Shown here: positions 27,160 through 32,000 of the stretch, piece after piece | Layout: the number at the start of each line of letters is the position of its first letter | Numbering within the stretch: position 1 is the stretch's first letter | Origin: Halomicronema hongdechloris C2206 | GTDB taxonomy: Bacteria; Cyanobacteriota; Cyanobacteriia; Phormidesmidales; Phormidesmidaceae | Assembly: GCF_002075285.3 (NCBI RefSeq) | Contig: NZ_CP021983.2 | Location: forward strand, 5,340,001-5,372,000 | Length of the DNA: 32,000 nucleotides | Direction: 5' to 3' | The notes under the pieces: generated by a model | Told to the model about the DNA's origin: nothing | Seen by the model: only the letters and a program-made list of their open reading frames with translations | Database searches by the model: none | Position numbers and translations under genes: made by a program

Positions 27160-28884
27160 ATGCAAGGGGGCAGCATGTACGTGCTACGACAGATAGTTAC
27201 TGGGTTTCTGATCGTGCTGTTAGGGATTGGCGTTTGGGGATGCAATGGTCAAGGGCCGGCCCTGAAGGGCCATCGCAATGCCACCAGCCAACTCATCAGT
27301 GAGCCCGGCGATACCCCCAATCAGCTGGCTGGTCGCCTCGCCGAGGTATCACCGCCCCAGACCATTCAGGCCCTCAAGGCCATCATCGATCGCTACCATC
27401 CCCAAGTCCGCATCCTCAGCCCTCGCCCTGACGAGGTGATTGAAGATACCACCGTAGCAGTACGCTTCCAAGTGCGAGATTTGCCCCTCTTCAAGCATCC
27501 TGACTGGCAATTAGGCCCCCATCTGCATGTCTTTCTAGACAACCAACCCTATCAAGCTGTCTACGATCCCTCAGAGCCTCTTGTCTTCTCCGATTTAAAT
27601 CCCGGCACCCACACTATCAGGGTCTTTGCTTCCCGGCCCTGGCATGAAAGCTTCAAAAATCAGGGGGCCTATGCCCAGACAACGTTCCACCTATTTACGA
27701 AGACGTCTGAAAATGCCATCGACCCTGAACAACCGCTATTAACCTATAGCCGCCCCCAGGGCAGCTACGGCGCCGAGCCAATCATGCTGGATGCTTATCT
27801 GACCAATGTTCCCCTGCACTTGATTGCCCAAGAAGATAGTGAGGATGATATTCCGGATTGGCGCCTCCGCTGTACCATCAATAGTCAATCTTTCATCTTT
27901 GATCGCTGGCAGCCTATTTATCTCAAAGGTTTTCGGCCGGGACAGAACTGGGTGCAGCTAGAGTTGATCGACGACCAGGGCACCCCCATCGACAATACCT
28001 ACAACAGTACGGTGCGACTGATTCAGTATGCCCCCGGGGGAGACGATACCCTGTCTCGCCTAGTGAGGGATGAGCTCACCGTCGCCGAAGTTGGCGGTAT
28101 TGTTGACCCCGACTATGTTGCCCCTGCCCCTGAGACAGCTGAGCCTGAGGTGGAAGTAGAGGAAGCAGAGGAAGCAGAGGAAGCTGCAACAGAGGAAGCA
28201 GAAGAAGTAGAAGCAGGCCCCAAGCCGGCTGAGCCAGAGTCTCAACCAGATACCAAGGAACCTCCTGAACAGCAGCAGGTTGAGGATAGAGCACCAGAAA
28301 CTGAAACCAAGGTGGATAGGGCTGCCGATACCGAGACATCCCCCAAGCCCCCCTCAGAGACAACACCTACCGAAGCGGTGACACCCTCAGAGGCCGAGCC
28401 GTCCTCCTCTCCAGCCTCTAAGGAGACATCCCCAGCCACTATTGAGCCAAAGCCAGACGACCAAGCACCTGCCCCGAGGAGCTCAGAGGATAATGTAACC
28501 AGCCCTAATCCCGATCAACAGTCCTCGGCGGATGAAGCAGCACCTGCCCCGGAGGAAACAGCTGGCCCAGAACCTAAGGCGTCGGTAGAAGATGTAGAGC
28601 CATCTCAGGGGCTACGGCGTCGCTGGCAGCAATGGCGGCAACGTCGTCAACCATCGCCAACCCATACCGAAGGTGATCGTCCGGAAGCGTCAACATCTCA
28701 GTCTGACTTAACCGTCCCCGAGCCCCCCGAGCCCTCCGAAGACCAAGCCGCGGCTAAGGCTGGCGGTAAAGAGGCGGCCGAGACTGAGCGTAGTGACCAG
28801 GACAAGTCTGAAGAGTCCTCCTCCGAGGATTCTGAAGCTGTCGATACCGAGCCAGCTCCCAGTCTGGAGCAACCTTTCATTTAA
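27160..28884 (+). CDS. Exported, possibly lipid-anchored protein: a conserved-looking ~320-aa N-terminal region plus a ~250-aa acidic Pro/Glu/Ser/Thr-rich disordered tail
   Basis: Signal peptide ending LLGIGVWGC (Cys28, a lipobox-like context). The tail from about 28130 is low complexity (EVEVEEAEEAEEAATEEAEEVEAGPKPAEPE...). No family recognised. Confidence 0.7.
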   Translation: MQGGSMYVLRQIVTGFLIVLLGIGVWGCNGQGPALKGHRNATSQLISEPGDTPNQLAGRLAEVSPPQTIQALKAIIDRYHPQVRILSPRPDEVIEDTTVAVRFQVRDLPLFKHPDWQLGPHLHVFLDNQPYQAVYDPSEPLVFSDLNPGTHTIRVFASRPWHESFKNQGAYAQTTFHLFTKTSENAIDPEQPLLTYSRPQGSYGAEPIMLDAYLTNVPLHLIAQEDSEDDIPDWRLRCTINSQSFIFDRWQPIYLKGFRPGQNWVQLELIDDQGTPIDNTYNSTVRLIQYAPGGDDTLSRLVRDELTVAEVGGIVDPDYVAPAPETAEPEVEVEEAEEAEEAATEEAEEVEAGPKPAEPESQPDTKEPPEQQQVEDRAPETETKVDRAADTETSPKPPSETTPTEAVTPSEAEPSSSPASKETSPATIEPKPDDQAPAPRSSEDNVTSPNPDQQSSADEAAPAPEETAGPEPKASVEDVEPSQGLRRRWQQWRQRRQPSPTHTEGDRPEASTSQSDLTVPEPPEPSEDQAAAKAGGKEAAETERSDQDKSEESSSEDSEAVDTEPAPSLEQPFI

Positions 28885-30329
28885 GGTTCTGACTTCAGGG
28901 AAGATCCTGTCTCTGCAGGAGTCTCTTGGGCCAAGGTATCCGATGTGGCCTGAGAATCAACCATCACGGGTTCGCGCTGATCGGCTGCTAGGGACTTTTC
29001 GGCAGGCCGCGACACATCAGGCTTGGCTTCTCGGACGCCTTGGGTAGCTACCGCTGCCACCAGCATAGAGCTGCCCCCTAGCACCACGGCTAACAGGCGG
29101 CTTTCTCCCAGCCAGTGCACCATCACCCATCCCAGCACCAAGGAGGCGAAGATCTCGGGCAAGACGATGAAGAAGTTAAAGATACCCATATAAATGCCAC
29201 TTCTCTTTGGTGGCAACGCCCCTACTAACATGGCATAGGGCAGTGACAGCATACTGGCCCAGGCAATGCCGACCCCCACCATGGCCAACAATAGGGTGTA
29301 GCGATCGTGAATCCACATTAGGGATATCAACCCGATTCCTCCGCAGGTTAGGCAGAGGGCATGAGTCATACGCCGATTCAGAATGGCCGATACCCGTGGT
29401 AGCAAAAACGACACTCCAAAGCAGACGGCGTTGTAGGCAGCAATACAGAGTCCAGCCCATTCAATCCCTTCGGTATAGAGGGCCGAGGCCTCTTCCGTAG
29501 CTCCCAGCACATTATGAGCCACCGCGGGAGGGAAATACAGGAACATGCAGTACATGCCCAACCAGCTGAAGGCCTGCACCCAGGCCAATTGCCGCATGGT
29601 CAATGGCATTTGCTTCAGAGCTATTGTAATTTCCCGAAAGGTGGCCAAAATACCCAAGCGGCGTTCCTGCTGCCGTTGAAAGGCCTCCATATCCTTGGGA
29701 GGGCGCTCCTCCGTGGTCATGACCGTCCACAATACTGTGCTCAGGAACACGGCTGCCCCAATGTAAAAGGACAGCTTGACCGTCAGAGGAACTTTATGTT
29801 CTGCAGCGTCGGTGACGACTCCGAATAGATGGGTCAATATCCACGGCAGTGCTGCTGCCGTCACTGATCCCAGGCCAATGAAGAGGCTCTGCATGGCAAA
29901 TCCCTTGGTTCGCTGATCGGAGGGCAGCAAATCCCCCACAAAGGCCCGAAAGGGTTCCATGCTGATATTGGCCGAAGTATCCAAGAGCCAGAGCAGGCCA
30001 GCAGCCATCCACAAGCTCGAGGAATTCGGCATCAGTACCAGGGCAAAGGAGCTGAGGATGGCCCCAGCTAAAAAGTAAGGACGGCGGCGTCCCAAAGGCC
30101 CCCAGGTGTTATCGCTGAGGTTACCGATAATGGGTTGAATGACTAAGCCAGTTAAGGGAGCGGCCAGCCAAAGGATCGGAATTTGGTGGGCATCAGCCCC
30201 GAGATGCTCGAAGATAGCGCTGGTGTTGGCCATTTGCAGCCCCCAGCCAAACTGAATGCCTAAGAAACCGAAGCTCATATTCCAGAGCTGCCAGAAGCCC
30301 ATTCTTTTTTGACTCACACTTACCTCCAC
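28881..30329 (-). CDS. MFS transporter of the GPH/SLC45 sucrose-H+ symporter-like family
   Basis: FGFLGIQFGWGLQMANTSAIFEHLGA...PLTGLVIQPIIGNLSDNTWGPLGRRRPYF is the characteristic N-terminal signature, and about 12 hydrophobic segments follow. The start is ambiguous (GTG 30329, GTG 30317 or ATG 30302). Confidence 0.85.
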   Translation of the reverse strand: MEVSVSQKRMGFWQLWNMSFGFLGIQFGWGLQMANTSAIFEHLGADAHQIPILWLAAPLTGLVIQPIIGNLSDNTWGPLGRRRPYFLAGAILSSFALVLMPNSSSLWMAAGLLWLLDTSANISMEPFRAFVGDLLPSDQRTKGFAMQSLFIGLGSVTAAALPWILTHLFGVVTDAAEHKVPLTVKLSFYIGAAVFLSTVLWTVMTTEERPPKDMEAFQRQQERRLGILATFREITIALKQMPLTMRQLAWVQAFSWLGMYCMFLYFPPAVAHNVLGATEEASALYTEGIEWAGLCIAAYNAVCFGVSFLLPRVSAILNRRMTHALCLTCGGIGLISLMWIHDRYTLLLAMVGVGIAWASMLSLPYAMLVGALPPKRSGIYMGIFNFFIVLPEIFASLVLGWVMVHWLGESRLLAVVLGGSSMLVAAVATQGVREAKPDVSRPAEKSLAADQREPVMVDSQATSDTLAQETPAETGSSLKSEP

Positions 30330-30768
30330 TCCAGTGAACTGTTACTCTTTGCAGCCACAGTTCCTGGTGGCGGGTAGTAATAGAGTAAAAACACCATGAC
30401 AACTAGGAATGACAACAGTCCCCTACGGAATACATTCCCTCGGCAGATAGTGAGACCGGTTAGCCAATCCTCAACGGCATGTCACGTTGGCAACAGCACG
30501 GCACCGTTAGGAGCCTACGAATTGGGATTAACAGGTTATCGATGTCAATATAGGGGTTACCCACCCAGGGAAAGGACACGAGGCAACCTTGGCAGGGAAC
30601 CTTTTACCAGCAGCCCTGGAGTCATCACCTTAACTCATTAGGAGTCAGTATTCAGACTCGGGGCCGGGCAGCTCAAGGACCTCCCTACCAGATTCCTGTG
30701 AGGCACTGTTTTTATCCTAACGTGTTTTATTCGAGCTTCCCTGTTATGGGGACTACTGCCAATGGTGC

Positions 30769-31824
30769 CTATTTAGCTGATTGCGAGGCTCGCAACTGGC
30801 CACAAGCGGCTGATTTCTCTAGACCGCGGGAATAGCGGACGCTTACGGCAATGTGGTGCTCTGCCAGGGTCTGAACAAATCGGCGAATATGCCGGTGGCT
30901 GGGGCGCTGATAATCAGCTTCATCAATGGGATTGTAGGGAATTAAGTTGACATGGCTTTGAAAGCCCCGCAGGTGTTCTGCTAACTCGATGGCATGGTTC
31001 ACCCGATCATTGACACCTGCCAATAGGATGTATTCGAAACTGACCCGCCGCCCAGTTTGATTGACATACTCACGACAGTCATCCAGCAGGGCCTGGAAGG
31101 GATAATGGCGGGCACTGGGAATCAAGCGCTCCCGTAAGGATTGGTTCGACCCATGCAGGCTCACCGCCAAGGTGATTTGCAGTTGGTGCTGCGCTAGTTG
31201 TTGAATTCGCCCCGGCAAGCCAACGGTTGACAGGGTCATGGCGCGTTGACTAATTCCCACATCCTGATTGAGGCAGCGAATCGCTGCTACAACAGCGTCG
31301 ACATTCAGGAGCGGTTCTCCCATGCCCATGAAGACGATATGGCTGACTCGCTGTTGAAAGTCTTCTTGTACCGTCAGAACTTGATCGACAATCTCATGGG
31401 TGGCCAGGTTACGCAGAAACCCGCCTTTGCCAGTGGCACAAAAGTCACAGGCCATGGGACACCCGATCTGCGATGACACACAGACTGTGAGTCTTTGGGC
31501 ACTGGGAATACCAACGGTTTCGATGATGTGACCGTCGGCTAGGCGCAGTAGATATTTGACGGTGTCGTCTGGAGCGGTGACGCGATGATGCAACTGAGAG
31601 CGGCCAATGGGAATATCGGCCACCTGCTGCCGCCAGGCCTTGGGAAATACCGAGATATCGGCTAGGGAGCGGATGCCCTGGTGATAGATCCAGCGATGGA
31701 GTTGCCCGCCGCGATAGGCCGGTTGGCCTTGGGCAATAACCCAGTCAGTGAGCTGTCTTTGGGAAGCGCCTAACAGGGGCGTGAGGGATGTCGTCGGGGC
31801 GGAGGTAAGGGTGGCATCAGCCAT
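30769..31824 (-). CDS. rlmN: Dual-specificity 23S rRNA/tRNA adenine-C2 methyltransferase RlmN (radical SAM)
   Basis: [10 protein letters not shown], the radical-SAM CxxxCxxC motif ([12 protein letters not shown]), MGMGEPLLN and the C-terminal AACGQL. ATG at 31824 is preferred over GTG 31869. Confidence 0.93.
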   Translation of the reverse strand: MADATLTSAPTTSLTPLLGASQRQLTDWVIAQGQPAYRGGQLHRWIYHQGIRSLADISVFPKAWRQQVADIPIGRSQLHHRVTAPDDTVKYLLRLADGHIIETVGIPSAQRLTVCVSSQIGCPMACDFCATGKGGFLRNLATHEIVDQVLTVQEDFQQRVSHIVFMGMGEPLLNVDAVVAAIRCLNQDVGISQRAMTLSTVGLPGRIQQLAQHQLQITLAVSLHGSNQSLRERLIPSARHYPFQALLDDCREYVNQTGRRVSFEYILLAGVNDRVNHAIELAEHLRGFQSHVNLIPYNPIDEADYQRPSHRHIRRFVQTLAEHHIAVSVRYSRGLEKSAACGQLRASQSAK

Positions 31825-32000
31825 GGCAGCAACGTCGAGGCAGGTGACTAGGGCGACACGACAACACACGAGGTGAACTCGAGATAGGGTCCTATCCTAA
31901 CAATCTCTCAACGTGTAGTGTCGGCTAGCTCTGTATCAGGGTGAGGGGAGCCTCGAGTAGATCGGTAAGCCTAGTTGGCAGGCGTTAGCCTTGGTCTTGC

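Noticed and set aside
30396-30641. 81-aa ORF upstream of the MFS transporter
   Set aside because: It has no ribosome-binding site and an atypical composition, and it is divergent from both neighbours. It is treated as non-coding leader or spacer.

Overview
Cyanobacterial chromosomal segment, identified from psaA-psaB, ndhD-cupA, a TPP-riboswitch-led thiC and 10 copies of the HIP1 palindrome GCGATCGC. By eye most of it is GC-rich. Housekeeping genes: ndhD3 (3' part), cupA, a fasciclin-domain gene, a HAL2/CysQ-like bisphosphate nucleotidase, thiC, mnmG, infC, psaB, psaA, an SLC45/GPH-like MFS transporter and rlmN. Accessory content: (i) 3.0-5.1 kb, a small islet with an HNH endonuclease two-gene cassette bracketed by degenerate direct repeats, next to an MNT/HEPN-like toxin-antitoxin pair; (ii) 5.2-5.95 kb, a non-coding stretch of hairpin repeats and a 63-bp tandem. 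It contains one copy of a ~260-310 nt element whose second, inverted copy lies at 13.58-13.88 kb just upstream of the thiC riboswitch. The two copies differ by compensatory base changes in a hairpin and by a 47-nt helix-length difference, which fits a structured RNA better than a protein; (iii) a 1235-aa secreted PPC-TPR-CHAT protein; (iv) 16.64-19.34 kb, a visibly lower-GC block encoding a co-directional module: hypothetical protein, receiver domain with Glu at the phospho-acceptor position, Crp/Fnr regulator, degenerate pseudo-receiver. rsmI, a PfkB-family kinase and a hypothetical gene remnant (11.35, 11.84 and 16.29 kb) each show a single-base frame break, which could be real decay or assembly indels. 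No rRNA, tRNA, CRISPR array or transposase was found.
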